A stretch of DNA of 63,968 nt, filler included, from Stramenopiles sp. TOSAG23-2 (taxonomy: Eukaryota), in NCBI GenBank assembly GCA_900128395.1. It is 3 parts of 3 records of this genome, joined end to end, with 100 filler letters (N's around TTAATTAATTAA, not from the genome) between each part and the next. Parts side by side here need not be neighbours in the genome. Positions count along the whole stretch, not along the records: positions 23,190 to 46,214 come from LT649496.1; 2 more parts are not named here. One strand, 5' to 3'. The notes below the pieces were generated by a model. It saw only the letters and a program-made list of their open reading frames with translations. It was not told where the DNA came from and made no database searches. The position numbers and the translations under genes are program-made. Positions 33,437-44,329 of this stretch are shown piece by piece. Within the stretch, counting starts at the first letter, position 1, and each line of letters starts with the position of its first letter.

Positions 33437-35348
33437 TCAATCCCCCTTCCCAGGTCTTCCTTTAATATTGACTCTAATAGGTATTCCATTCATATCAAAT
33501 TCTTCTTTTAATAAATTGATTAAAAAACGTACGTAATGCGTTGGTATTGTTTTAGGATTTTTATTACTAAAAAATACAAAAGATGGTGGCCGTGAACTAA
33601 TTTGTGTACAATATTTAATTTTTCCACCACCTGGTATAGGTCTTGTACGTTGAATTTCTTGTATCCAACGATTTAAAATTCCTGTTTTGATATATGTATT
33701 CCATTTCTCATATACGTCTAATACATTATCTAATATAATATTAGTATTTTTACCATCCAATGCAGAAATTGGTACTACTGGTACACTGTGTGTGTGTTTA
33801 TTTATGTATGTATGTGTATTGTTAGTCGAGTTTACATATATATACGATTTTCGTTTTATATGTATATATATATATATACATATATATAATAATAAATACA
33901 TACCCTCTTGCTTGTGGTATAGCACTGTAAATAATATCTTCCACTGATTCTTGTATCCATTCATATGTTATTACTTGACCGTCCATCATATTGTTTTCCA
34001 TTAAATCACATTTATTTGCAAGGATTACTAATCCACGGCCTTCTTCACAAATTTGACCAATTAATGCTTTGTCATCTTTAGTTGGTGGCAACGTTGAATC
34101 CATTACTAATACGGCTACATGTGCATGTTTAATAGCATGCGATGTTTCCAACGCAGCCCATCGTTCAATGGAGGTTTCCGTATTTCGTTTTGGTATTTTT
34201 AACATTCTACGTATTCCAGCTGTATCTATTAATCGAATACATGAAGTTGGATCGGTTGGGTGTTCCATATCGATTCGTATAGGATCACGTGTCACACCAG
34301 CCATTGGACCAGTTAAAACACGTTGTGAATCTAATAATTGATTTAATAATGTTGATTTTCCAACATTTGGTTTTCCAACAATTGCTAATTGTAATGGCGG
34401 TTTTACTCCAGCATCCATCATATTATCCTTTACCATCGAATCATTACCATCATTTGTTTCTGTTGTGCTCATAGTATCCTCTTTTTTCTTTTCTTCTAAT
34501 TCATCTAATAAATCAAGATATAAATCACTTAAACCATGTCCATGTTCCCCACTTATGAATATTGGATGGCCAAACCCAAGTTTCAAACATTCTGCATTGA
34601 CGGAATGGATAATAGCATCATCGTCTAATATATTATCAATTTTATTTACGACAACGAAAGTTTTACATACAGCCTCTTTACGTAACCATTTTGCAAAATG
34701 TTCATCAACTGCTGTTACACCATCTTGTGCATCGATTAAAAATAATATTAAATTAGATTTACAAATTGCTTCTTTTGTTAAAAATAACATTTCCTCCTCC
34801 AATGATATAGATGTTTCTTCCAATCCTGCTGTATCAACAATCTTAAACGATAGATCCGATAATGAACCAATTGATTCTCGAAAATCACGCGTGGTACCAG
34901 GTTTATCATTCACAATTGCCACTCGTCTTCCAACAAAGCGATTGAATAAACGTGATTTACCAACGTTTGGTCTTCCAACTAACGTAATTGTTTTTAATAA
35001 ATGTTCTTCCTCTTGATTTGGATTTAATCGTTTTGAACGTTCCATACGTTTCACACGCCTTTGTTCGCGTTTAATATGTGTTTTTAAATTGGTTTTAAAT
35101 TGTACAGATGGTTTTGTAGAAAAGAAACGTATCATATTATTGTTTAAAAATAATCGTTGTTGTTGTTGATGTTGGTTATTACTATTATTATTAAAATGGT
35201 AAATGCATTTATTATTTATAAATGGTATGATTGTTGTTGATAAAAAATATTTCCTTTTAATCATACTTTTCACATGATTTACATATTGTTTTTTCATTGA
35301 AGTATTACGATTATTATGTCGTACATGGTGTAAAATGACACGTCGCAT
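33437..35348 (-). CDS. der: Der/EngA double GTPase, probably mitochondrial; exons 35348-33904 and 33785-33437
   Basis: Two G-domains (GRPNVGKS/GTTRD/DTAG/NKID and GKPNVGKS/GVTRD/DTAG/NKCD) and a KH-like tail (KIKYCTQISSRPPSF...GIPIR). GTATGT...CAG intron 33903-33786 joins ARG-VPVVPISAL in frame. Basic N-terminal presequence. Confidence 0.93.
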
Positions 35349-35590
35349 GGTTGTTGTGTGGTTGTTTGTTTTCTGATTATATATTATACTATGCCTGTGG
35401 TTCACACTACACACTCTGTTTTGTAATGTGTATTATATGTTGTTGTTTTATTCATAAAAATCAGGTTGAAATTGACTTTTTACAGGTGCATGCATGCATG
35501 CAATGCATCAATGGGAAAGAGTAGAAAAAATAGGAATCAATCACGGATAGAAAAACATAAATCAACAAATATATTCCATTTCATCTAATC

Positions 35591-36073
35591 ATGGAGGAAG
35601 GACAAAAAATGCAAACAAACGTTTGTGGATATAATTTAACATCATGGGAAGATGAAACAACAACAACAACAACAACAACATGGAAAAGAGATTTAGGGAC
35701 TGTATTGTATATTAAAAAAAAGAATAATGATGAGAATAATAATAATAATTATGTAAAAAAAAAAGGTAAAATAATAATTGTAAATAATGTAGTAGGTATT
35801 CAAGATGTTGGAAATACGGAGACATCTAAATCATTAAGATTGGATGGTAATGGATATAAGAATAACAATCAAAATTTCTTTACAAATACATCTGTATGGA
35901 TGGAAGAAGGACAATGGTTAAATGAAAATGAAACAAAAAACATTTGTGATAATTGTGAAATTAACGAAGTTTTATATACATGTGAGGATTGTAATGAATA
36001 TTTTTGTAAACGTTGTTGTGAAACGATACATAAAGGTGGTAAACGTCGTAATCATGATTTTTATGAAATTTAA
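35591..36073 (+). CDS. Small protein with a C-terminal B-box zinc finger
   Basis: CDNCE...CEDCNEYFCKRCCETIHKGGKRRNH; the rest is low complexity. Confidence 0.6.
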   Translation: MEEGQKMQTNVCGYNLTSWEDETTTTTTTTWKRDLGTVLYIKKKNNDENNNNNYVKKKGKIIIVNNVVGIQDVGNTETSKSLRLDGNGYKNNNQNFFTNTSVWMEEGQWLNENETKNICDNCEINEVLYTCEDCNEYFCKRCCETIHKGGKRRNHDFYEI

Positions 36074-36235
36074 AATGTTATATAGAAATATATATGATAC
36101 TACGCGTGTTTTCACTTTCTTTTTTTTTTTTAAAAATCTCCCGTGTCCCGCTTCTCCTCCGTTTGTTTGTGTGTTTGGTCTCTCGTTTGTAATTTGATGA
36201 ATTTTACACTACACTCAACTTTTTGTTGTTGTTGT

Positions 36236-38425
36236 TTAATTTGTATCCTTATAGATGATAATATCATTCATATCATTACTACTTCTTAATGCTAATGTAT
36301 TTTCATTTGATAAGAACAACATCGTTAAAAACATCATTGATACACTAACTTCATTTTCCTCTTTCACTTGTAATTTGGAAAAGATTTGACTAAATGAGGC
36401 ACCATCTTTCTCCTCTTCATTTGCATTCACAATCGTACCAACATCATCCGTTTCAATATGATTGACTTCTTTCTTTGTTTCTGGTGCATCATGTGAAATA
36501 TGATTCCACATATTGTGTTTCAATGCTTTGATATTAAATTTAGTAGCTGTCTTTGCATATGGTACTAATTTACTAGGCGATGGTGGAAGATCATTTCCAT
36601 TGGAAACATCTTTCACTGGGGAAAAGCCATTGTTATTACCATATAAATTTGCAAAGGAATCATTACCATTACCACCGACACTACCATTACTATTGTTACT
36701 GCTTGTTGATGTATTTAACATTGGTGTAAATTCATCTCCTTGGTTATTATTGTCTTGCTCATCTTCGTTATTACTATTATTGTTGTTATTAGCATTTGTA
36801 AAACCAAATTTAATTCTTTCCGTTGTATATAAACTTCTTAAACTTTCTGGTTTATAATGCACATCTTCTGGTAACATATTTGAAAATGGATTTTCACGAC
36901 GTTTTTTCAACGTAGCAGCTGTTAACATCCCTGCCGTTTTTCGTTTTGGAATTTGAAAATCAGGATCTTCTTCAATATTCACAAATGTATTTGCAAAATC
37001 AATCGTCACATCTTTCTTTTTGCTTTTCTTTCCATTTTTATTGTTACCATTTTTCTTTGCTGCAAATTTTGCACTTTTTGGAACAAAACATTTCCAATAT
37101 GGACAATTTGTTAATATATTTTCAATCTTATCTTGATCTTTCGTTTCAACATAACCATCAGTTGTTATATGTATATTTGTTGCATCTATTACTTGTCCAA
37201 ATTGGAATGTAGACGAACCATTGTTGTTGTTGTGTATGTTGTTATTATTCATATTTTGTTGTTGTTGCGATGGTGAAAATGGTGCAGCGATAAAACCATT
37301 TGTTGGTAACATTTCATTAAAACTATCATTGTTACCACCACCCATTGATATATCTTGTGTAATATTTCCATCATCAATGTCCTCCGTCGTCGATGCAACA
37401 TCAATAAGATCTTTACCTTCAATAACAGTATTACTGTTATTCATCCCATTGTAAAAATGTTCTAAACTTGGGCATAATGTTACATTATTTTCCCAATTGT
37501 TTTTCATCAATGCATCTTGGAAATTCGTAATATCAATTTCTTCATCATCACATGTTGCTAACCCTTCCTTTGCAAAATCCGTATTGATAATAGCAGTTGC
37601 ATCAAATACAATATTTAAACCATTTTCAACGTTTAATTTTCCAAGTAACATACCTCTTGCACCACCTTGATCCATATTTGTACTCATCTTTGCAAAGATT
37701 GGATCAATATCGTATTCACTTTCTAAACGCGTACTGGTAATATTTGATATTTTATCCAACGTATTGCCTTTGGAACGAATCTTTTTCTTTTTTACTTTCT
37801 CACCATTTCCATCACCACTACCGTCCATATCCTCATCATCATCATCGTCAGCTTCATCATCCGTATTATTTGAATTACGGTTTAAATCTGCTACAAAACG
37901 TCCAGTTGCTGCATATGTTTCATCCACTTTTGCTGCATAAATTTGTGCACCTGTCTCTACGGCACAACCACATTCTTCGAATTTCGTAATTTGTTCTCCA
38001 TCGTCACCACCGGAATTGTTAATATTCTCAATAATATCATCGATTTTTTCAATAAAACGATAATAAAAATTTGCAGTTTTTAAATTAATTTTATTTTGTG
38101 AAGCAGCTTGCATTGTACTACGTCGTATTTCTTCCACAGCAATATCATTTGCAGCAGAGGTTGTTGTTGTTGTTTTTGTGCCATTTTTCGCACCACCGAT
38201 GCTTAAACGTGAAGATGCACCTTGTGTACCAGATAATAAACGCCCACTTGAACGTCGTCTGGTAGATCGTGGTGTACGTTGCCTTTGTTGAAATTTTTTC
38301 ATAGACGCACGTCGATTTCGTGAAGATGGTGTGTTAGGTGCAACGTTTTCACCATTATTATTATGTTGTAAATTGGTTTGAATGGTAATGGTTGGTTTAC
38401 CAGATAAACGTCTACGAGATGGCAT
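36236..38425 (-). CDS. NCAPH: Condensin I kleisin subunit (CAP-H/Cnd2/Barren)
   Basis: NKINLKTA, F..CGCAVETGAQIYAAKVD, IDPIFAKMSTNMDQGGARGMLL, LPEDVHY, YAKTATKFNIKALK.MW, C-terminal F.TMLFLSNE. Confidence 0.92.
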   Translation of the reverse strand: MPSRRRLSGKPTITIQTNLQHNNNGENVAPNTPSSRNRRASMKKFQQRQRTPRSTRRRSSGRLLSGTQGASSRLSIGGAKNGTKTTTTTSAANDIAVEEIRRSTMQAASQNKINLKTANFYYRFIEKIDDIIENINNSGGDDGEQITKFEECGCAVETGAQIYAAKVDETYAATGRFVADLNRNSNNTDDEADDDDDEDMDGSGDGNGEKVKKKKIRSKGNTLDKISNITSTRLESEYDIDPIFAKMSTNMDQGGARGMLLGKLNVENGLNIVFDATAIINTDFAKEGLATCDDEEIDITNFQDALMKNNWENNVTLCPSLEHFYNGMNNSNTVIEGKDLIDVASTTEDIDDGNITQDISMGGGNNDSFNEMLPTNGFIAAPFSPSQQQQNMNNNNIHNNNNGSSTFQFGQVIDATNIHITTDGYVETKDQDKIENILTNCPYWKCFVPKSAKFAAKKNGNNKNGKKSKKKDVTIDFANTFVNIEEDPDFQIPKRKTAGMLTAATLKKRRENPFSNMLPEDVHYKPESLRSLYTTERIKFGFTNANNNNNSNNEDEQDNNNQGDEFTPMLNTSTSSNNSNGSVGGNGNDSFANLYGNNNGFSPVKDVSNGNDLPPSPSKLVPYAKTATKFNIKALKHNMWNHISHDAPETKKEVNHIETDDVGTIVNANEEEKDGASFSQIFSKLQVKEENEVSVSMMFLTMLFLSNENTLALRSSNDMNDIIIYKDTN

Positions 38426-38742
38426 AATAATAATAATTTATAACAATTGTCGGTTGGTCGAGTAAATTAGTAGATTATATGTAATGTGAATGTGATATGT
38501 TCTTTGATAATATATGTCGTACAGTACTTTTGTCTATTTGTATTATTGATTGATATGTACATATATTTATGTTTTAAGTCGCCGTTTGTAAATATATTTT
38601 TCCAATAGTCCTTCGTGTTAAATTTATGTGAAAATTGTTGATGGATTTTTTTTAACTGCCACATCAATGATGAAAAGAGATATAAAAAATTTCTAACGTT
38701 CGCTAGGATGGACATAGCATTGATAATTCTTTGGTAAGTAGG

Positions 38743-38941
38743 TAGCATAGGGATAGCATCTCTAATAATCTCGGAGAGTAAAACCCTAATAGTAACATGA
38801 AAGTGCGGGAAAGTTTAAGGTCAAAAGTGCGGTAGTGCGGTATCATTCTTCCCATGTGGCCCATATTTTGTTGTAAGTAATAGCATTGGGATAGCATCTC
38901 TAATCTCTGGGTGCGGGAAATTTAAGGTCAAAAGTGCGGTA
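38743..38941. repeat. Degenerate direct repeat in the divergent NCAPH / guanylate kinase intergenic region
   Basis: gggatagcatctctaat at ~38748 and ~38888; gtgcgggaaa(g)tttaaggtcaaaagtgcggta at ~38802 and ~38911. Confidence 0.85.
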
Positions 38942-39309
38942 TCGAAGGAACTGTAGTCAGACGACACTCCTTTTGTAAAAACTCACCAATACTGCCAATA
39001 CTGTGCCATTATAAATATAAATTTCATTAATTTAACACGTATAACAAAGGGAAAATCATGATCAAATTTGTATGTTTGCATGACCGTTTTCACTTCTTCT
39101 TGGCGTTGGAAATTATTATAAAATGCGATGGGAGTTGAGAGGATCCCTTACATCGAAATTATCGTGTAATAATAGTAGAAAACAACCAAAAGCAACGAAT
39201 AACCAGGACAATAAGTGTTGGATTTTTTAGTTATTTTAAATAGTAATATTTGATTTACAGATACACCACTATATATATATATATATAAAAAAAAAAATTT
39301 ATAATAATA

Positions 39310-40137
39310 ATGTCAACATCCATCACATCCACACCACAACAACGGTTAACATATGAAGAAATATCGCAATTAAATCAAAGAAAAGATGAATTAAAAGATA
39401 AACATCAAACCTACCTCAATACGCATCCGGAAATATCAAGAATGTTATCAGATTTCATGGCTAGCGTGTTGATAGATAAGCCAGATGATGTATTTTTATT
39501 TGCCGGTGAACATTTTGGTACGTTTGAAGGTGACGATGGTGGTCACCGTCCAATTGTCTTATCTGGTCCTTCTGGTGTTGGTAAATCAACATTAGTTGGT
39601 ATGTTAATTAAAGCGTTTCCAGATGCGTTTGGGTTTTGTGTTAGCCATACAACTAGGGAACCGAGGGAAGGCGAGGTGGACGGGGTTAATTACCATTTCA
39701 CCACCGAGGAAGATTTTAAAAAAATGGTTGATGATAAGAAATTTTTAGAACATGCTGTTGTACATGGTTCTTCTTATGGTACATCTGTTAAAGCAGTTAG
39801 TGAAGTACGTAAAAGTGGTAAATTGTGTATTTTAGATATTGATATAAATGGTGTAAAATTAGTGAAAGAAACGAAAATTGCACCAAGGTATTTATTCATA
39901 ACACCACCATCCATTGGTGAATTGGAATCGCGTTTACGAGGCCGTGGAACGGAAACGGAGGAAAATTTAGCATTACGTTTAAAAAATGCAACGACTGAAA
40001 TTAAATATGGTACAGCTGTTGGTAATTTTCATAAAGTAATTACAAATGATGATGTGGAAGAAACATTTAGTGAATTGAAAGATACATTACTTGAATGGTT
40101 TCCACATTTAACTGGATTGGAAGTCGAGGAAGATTGA
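39310..40137 (+). CDS. Guanylate kinase with an N-terminal RIIa/RIIAD1-like dimerisation-docking domain
   Basis: GPSGVGKS, SHTTREPREGEVDGVNYHF, YGTS, ILDID, RLRGRGTE. N-terminal YLNTHPEISRMLSDFMASVLIDKPDDVFLFAGEHF. Confidence 0.93.
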   Translation: MSTSITSTPQQRLTYEEISQLNQRKDELKDKHQTYLNTHPEISRMLSDFMASVLIDKPDDVFLFAGEHFGTFEGDDGGHRPIVLSGPSGVGKSTLVGMLIKAFPDAFGFCVSHTTREPREGEVDGVNYHFTTEEDFKKMVDDKKFLEHAVVHGSSYGTSVKAVSEVRKSGKLCILDIDINGVKLVKETKIAPRYLFITPPSIGELESRLRGRGTETEENLALRLKNATTEIKYGTAVGNFHKVITNDDVEETFSELKDTLLEWFPHLTGLEVEED

Positions 40138-40635
40138 TGAATTATTATATATATATATATGATATGAACAACTAAAACTATGATATTGAACAAATGAAAG
40201 AAGGAGAGGGAAGAAAATGGTGAACTTTCCTATAAAAAATGTAAAAAAAATTATAAAATAATAATAATATTTTTAATTATACTTATTACATTACATTTTC
40301 TCATAGGCAAAGAATTATACCAGTTCATTTTCATTTTTCTTCACAGTGCCACATTGGCACAACACATACTGTACACCACACACCACACCAGCAGCACAGA
40401 CTTTATTTTTAACCTGTGTAAAAATGATGTGCAAATTACAAATATACACTAAAGTTATAATACTTTTGAATTCACATCCATCACATCTTTTAAAAGTATT
40501 TTATATATATCCATCTCTCTCTCTCTAGTAGAGCCAATTTGCAGAATTCGCCCACTTTGTATATCAACCCCCTTTTGATTAAAACCCCAACACCATCAAT
40601 ATATAAATCAATCATCCACAAAAATATCAAGAACA

Positions 40636-43600
40636 ATGTCACGTACCATTCTCATGATTGCTTGTATTATTATTAGTAGTAGTAGTAGTAGTATTCCACA
40701 ACTATCAACTTCTACTCTAATATTACCTTCCGATGATGTTAGTATTAAAATAATATCACCTATTGACTTATCAACAATTACACAAGAAACAATAAAAAAG
40801 AATCAATCACCATCTATTATCGATAAATCACTGACGATAAAATTTCAAGTTCCAACCATAGCATTTAATCATCAAGTCCATGTCCTTGTCGGTAGTTATA
40901 ATCCAATAATATTTCAACATCCTTGTATTAATATTCCAGGATGTTTATATAACTCAAAAGAAAATATGATTCAAATAACTATTCAAACAATAGAGGTTGG
41001 GACATATACATTAAAAGTAATGGCATTTTATGATCGTAATATTAATAACAAGGAAAGAAAAAGCAGCATATTGGAAAATATAAAATCAAAAGAAATTATA
41101 TTTGATATTATACCAGCAGCATTGAAATTGGAAAATTCATTACTTCCTGTAAAAGAAAATTATTATGAAGATGAATATGAAATACAACGTCGGATACAAT
41201 CAAGTCCAGGATTTTTATCCATTTGCCAGGAAAATCACCACCACCACCAGCAACAACAACAACAACAACAACGAAATCTTATGTCAACAATGAAAATAGC
41301 AATTGTATCATCATTTGCCCATGGATTAAATGGACAAATTATTATGTTAACTAAATTAGTGGAAGAAATGAAAAAGAAAAAAAATATAGAAATTAAATGG
41401 GTTACCGCAGATGAAAACTCACCTGATGGGGATGATATTAATGATAACAATTTATTACGTTTGAAACATTGGAATATAAAGTATGTAAAAACAATTATGA
41501 AAGTACCAAATGAATTATATGAATATGCAAATAAATCGATTGAAACATTAGTAAAAATTGCATATGAATTATATAATTATGAACAAATGATAGAAAATAT
41601 ACATCAATACCAATCAAAACAACATTTATCACAACCACCACCACCATCACCACCACATCTTTTTAAATATAAAAAATTAATATATAAAATGCTTAGTCCA
41701 GTAATCAAAGAATTACAAAATTATGATATTGTTCATTTTACAACAAGGGAAATGCGTAGATGGGAAGATCAATTATTCGTAATAGCTTTACGTTTTGCAA
41801 ATGTTAAAGTTATTATCGCAGAGCCTGGAAGTATTGAAACAAATCTAGTTAATTACGTAGATGCATATATCGTGCCTTCACAAGTAGCAAAACGTCATAT
41901 GAAACAAATTAGACCCGACATTCCAACATTTGTTTTGAAACCATATGTTGATAAAACACTATATGAAAGATATTGGCCAATACGTCAAAAAATGTATAAT
42001 TTTAAAGAGAAAACAGACATGACTATAGCATTTCTTGGGCGATTAGCGTCTGTTAAATCGCCTGGAATTTTTTTAAAAGTTGTTAAAATTATCATTGATC
42101 AATGGAAAAAGGTAAAATTGAACCAACAACGCAACAATGTCACTCCGGCATTAAAATTTAAAATTATAGGCACTGGGACGATGGAACAAGCATTGAAAAT
42201 GGCATGTGAAAGATTAGGTATTGAAGTTATATTTCGTTCAAAATTACATGAAGATTTACCATCGTATTTATCACAAAATGTCGATATAGTAGCACATACA
42301 ACATTGCTAAATGAATCATTTGGCTTATCTAACTTGGAAGCAATGGCTGCAGAAGTTGCAGTAGTTACATTTGGTGTTGGAGGTGTAAATGAATATCTTA
42401 GTTTAAACAGTGGGAATCATCGACGTGGATTAATAGCTTCACGTCCATCTGCAGAGAGTATGGCATTTACAATTTTAAGTTTAATTACAAACAATCGGTT
42501 TAGACATGCTGTTAGTGTTGCAGGTCGTGAATACGTATTCAAGCAACATTCGCCTTATCATATTGATAATATGGTTAGGCGATATCATCATATATTAAGT
42601 GGCTTACTATGTTTTGCAAAGACTCATCGTCAGCATACCAATGTCAATCGGCATTCTGTTGACCATCCCGGTAATGATGATGATGATGATCATCATAAGA
42701 CGAAATTGAATAAAAACTTCGTCTGTACAACCGAAACATGTTTATCGGATGATATAGAAACAGATACTTCAAAATTATTTAATGTACTTGGCGATTGGTA
42801 TGTTAAAGAACGTGGATATCCGTACAATGATGGAAACGATGATGGTTTTAAATATTTAACATTGCGAAATGAAACTTTTTTCCAAAAAGCTATTGAATTT
42901 TATAAATTTGAATGGAAAAACATAACTGAAACGTATAAAGATACATCGATTCCACATCCAGTGTTACAAGGGATAGAATTATCACCTACGAAATGGTTAC
43001 GACGAGGTAATTTTTACATGACTGCACCACACAAATTAAGACATGATATCGAGCAATTGTTGTATTTGATTGATTTGAAACGCTTACCAAAAGTACCTTT
43101 TCAAGATTTAGTAACACGATACGAAAATGTTTTACAAATTATATTAAAAGATCTAAAAGAAGCGAGATCAATTAATAACAATGAGAATCAATTGAAAACG
43201 AAAACAATTGATATTACTAATTACATTTTAAAACGGGAACAAATACAACATATGTATGCTACACATAATACATTATTGTACTTATATGAAGGTACGTTTG
43301 GCAGTAATAATAATGAGGATAATAATAAAAATAATGATGGGGATAATAATATTATTGGAAAAAGTTCTTGGCAGCAAAGAAGGAATAACAAATATATAAA
43401 TCTTATCATCAATCCATATTTAGACTTTTACAATTTAGAAATGAAATTTAAAGATCAATACCAACCTGGTTATATTGTTGTAGATGATTTCTTAACAAAT
43501 GACGCTCTTAATTTTCTATATAATTATTGTTTAGAATCAACAATTTGGCATGCGGTGAAACATGGATATGTAGGTGCGCATCATGATGATGGTTTTATGC

Positions 43601-44049
43601 ATCCAGTGGTAAATCAATTAGTAGAAGAATTATATTTAAAATTCCCACAATTGATTGGAGGATTAGAATTACTCAATTTATGGGCATATAAATCAGAGCA
43701 AATGTATGATGGTGTTCCAGTACATGCAGATCAAGCCACTGTGAGCTTTAATTTATGGATTACCCCAGATGAAGCCAATTTAAATAACGAAAATGGTGGT
43801 TTATTAATTTATCCAAAAGAAGCAATCAAACCAAAAGATTGGTCGTTTGTAGATGCAAATGGATTAGATTCAATAGGACGTATTAAATCACATTTAAAAC
43901 GTTTTCAACCGGCAAAGATACCATATAAAGTAAATCGTATGATTATACTAAGAAGTGCATTGTTTCATAAAACCGATACGTTTCAATTTAAAAAAGGGTA
44001 TAAAAATCGTAGAATCAACTTGACGATTATGTTTGGTAAGAGGGAGTAG
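40636..44049 (+). CDS. Secretory-pathway GT4-like (GT-B) glycosyltransferase fused to a C-terminal 2OG-Fe(II) oxygenase-like domain
   Basis: Hydrophobic N-terminus. FLGRLASVKSP and ESFGLSNLEAMAA (EX7E). C-terminal VHADQ (HxD), NLWITP, LFHKTD (distal His), RRINLT. Confidence 0.82.
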   Translation: MSRTILMIACIIISSSSSSIPQLSTSTLILPSDDVSIKIISPIDLSTITQETIKKNQSPSIIDKSLTIKFQVPTIAFNHQVHVLVGSYNPIIFQHPCINIPGCLYNSKENMIQITIQTIEVGTYTLKVMAFYDRNINNKERKSSILENIKSKEIIFDIIPAALKLENSLLPVKENYYEDEYEIQRRIQSSPGFLSICQENHHHHQQQQQQQQRNLMSTMKIAIVSSFAHGLNGQIIMLTKLVEEMKKKKNIEIKWVTADENSPDGDDINDNNLLRLKHWNIKYVKTIMKVPNELYEYANKSIETLVKIAYELYNYEQMIENIHQYQSKQHLSQPPPPSPPHLFKYKKLIYKMLSPVIKELQNYDIVHFTTREMRRWEDQLFVIALRFANVKVIIAEPGSIETNLVNYVDAYIVPSQVAKRHMKQIRPDIPTFVLKPYVDKTLYERYWPIRQKMYNFKEKTDMTIAFLGRLASVKSPGIFLKVVKIIIDQWKKVKLNQQRNNVTPALKFKIIGTGTMEQALKMACERLGIEVIFRSKLHEDLPSYLSQNVDIVAHTTLLNESFGLSNLEAMAAEVAVVTFGVGGVNEYLSLNSGNHRRGLIASRPSAESMAFTILSLITNNRFRHAVSVAGREYVFKQHSPYHIDNMVRRYHHILSGLLCFAKTHRQHTNVNRHSVDHPGNDDDDDHHKTKLNKNFVCTTETCLSDDIETDTSKLFNVLGDWYVKERGYPYNDGNDDGFKYLTLRNETFFQKAIEFYKFEWKNITETYKDTSIPHPVLQGIELSPTKWLRRGNFYMTAPHKLRHDIEQLLYLIDLKRLPKVPFQDLVTRYENVLQIILKDLKEARSINNNENQLKTKTIDITNYILKREQIQHMYATHNTLLYLYEGTFGSNNNEDNNKNNDGDNNIIGKSSWQQRRNNKYINLIINPYLDFYNLEMKFKDQYQPGYIVVDDFLTNDALNFLYNYCLESTIWHAVKHGYVGAHHDDGFMHPVVNQLVEELYLKFPQLIGGLELLNLWAYKSEQMYDGVPVHADQATVSFNLWITPDEANLNNENGGLLIYPKEAIKPKDWSFVDANGLDSIGRIKSHLKRFQPAKIPYKVNRMIILRSALFHKTDTFQFKKGYKNRRINLTIMFGKRE

Positions 44050-44329
44050 TAGTACGTAGGTTACGAGAAGTCAGGGAGATTCAGAGAGATTATAGTATTA
44101 AGAGTAGAAGAGTCAAGTGAGTTATAGAGTGTACGTATCATATCACCAAAATTTATACGAAGTAATATTATACGAACCACACTGTCCACGCCACGCGTAA
44201 ATATTTTTGCGTGTCTTTATTTTAAATGTTTACGTTAATCATACTTTTTATAATACCCCGCACCAAAAATCTATGCGCTCTTGTGGTTTTTACATTTTAA
44301 AGCCTTTTCTCTCTCCTCTCTCCCCCCAT

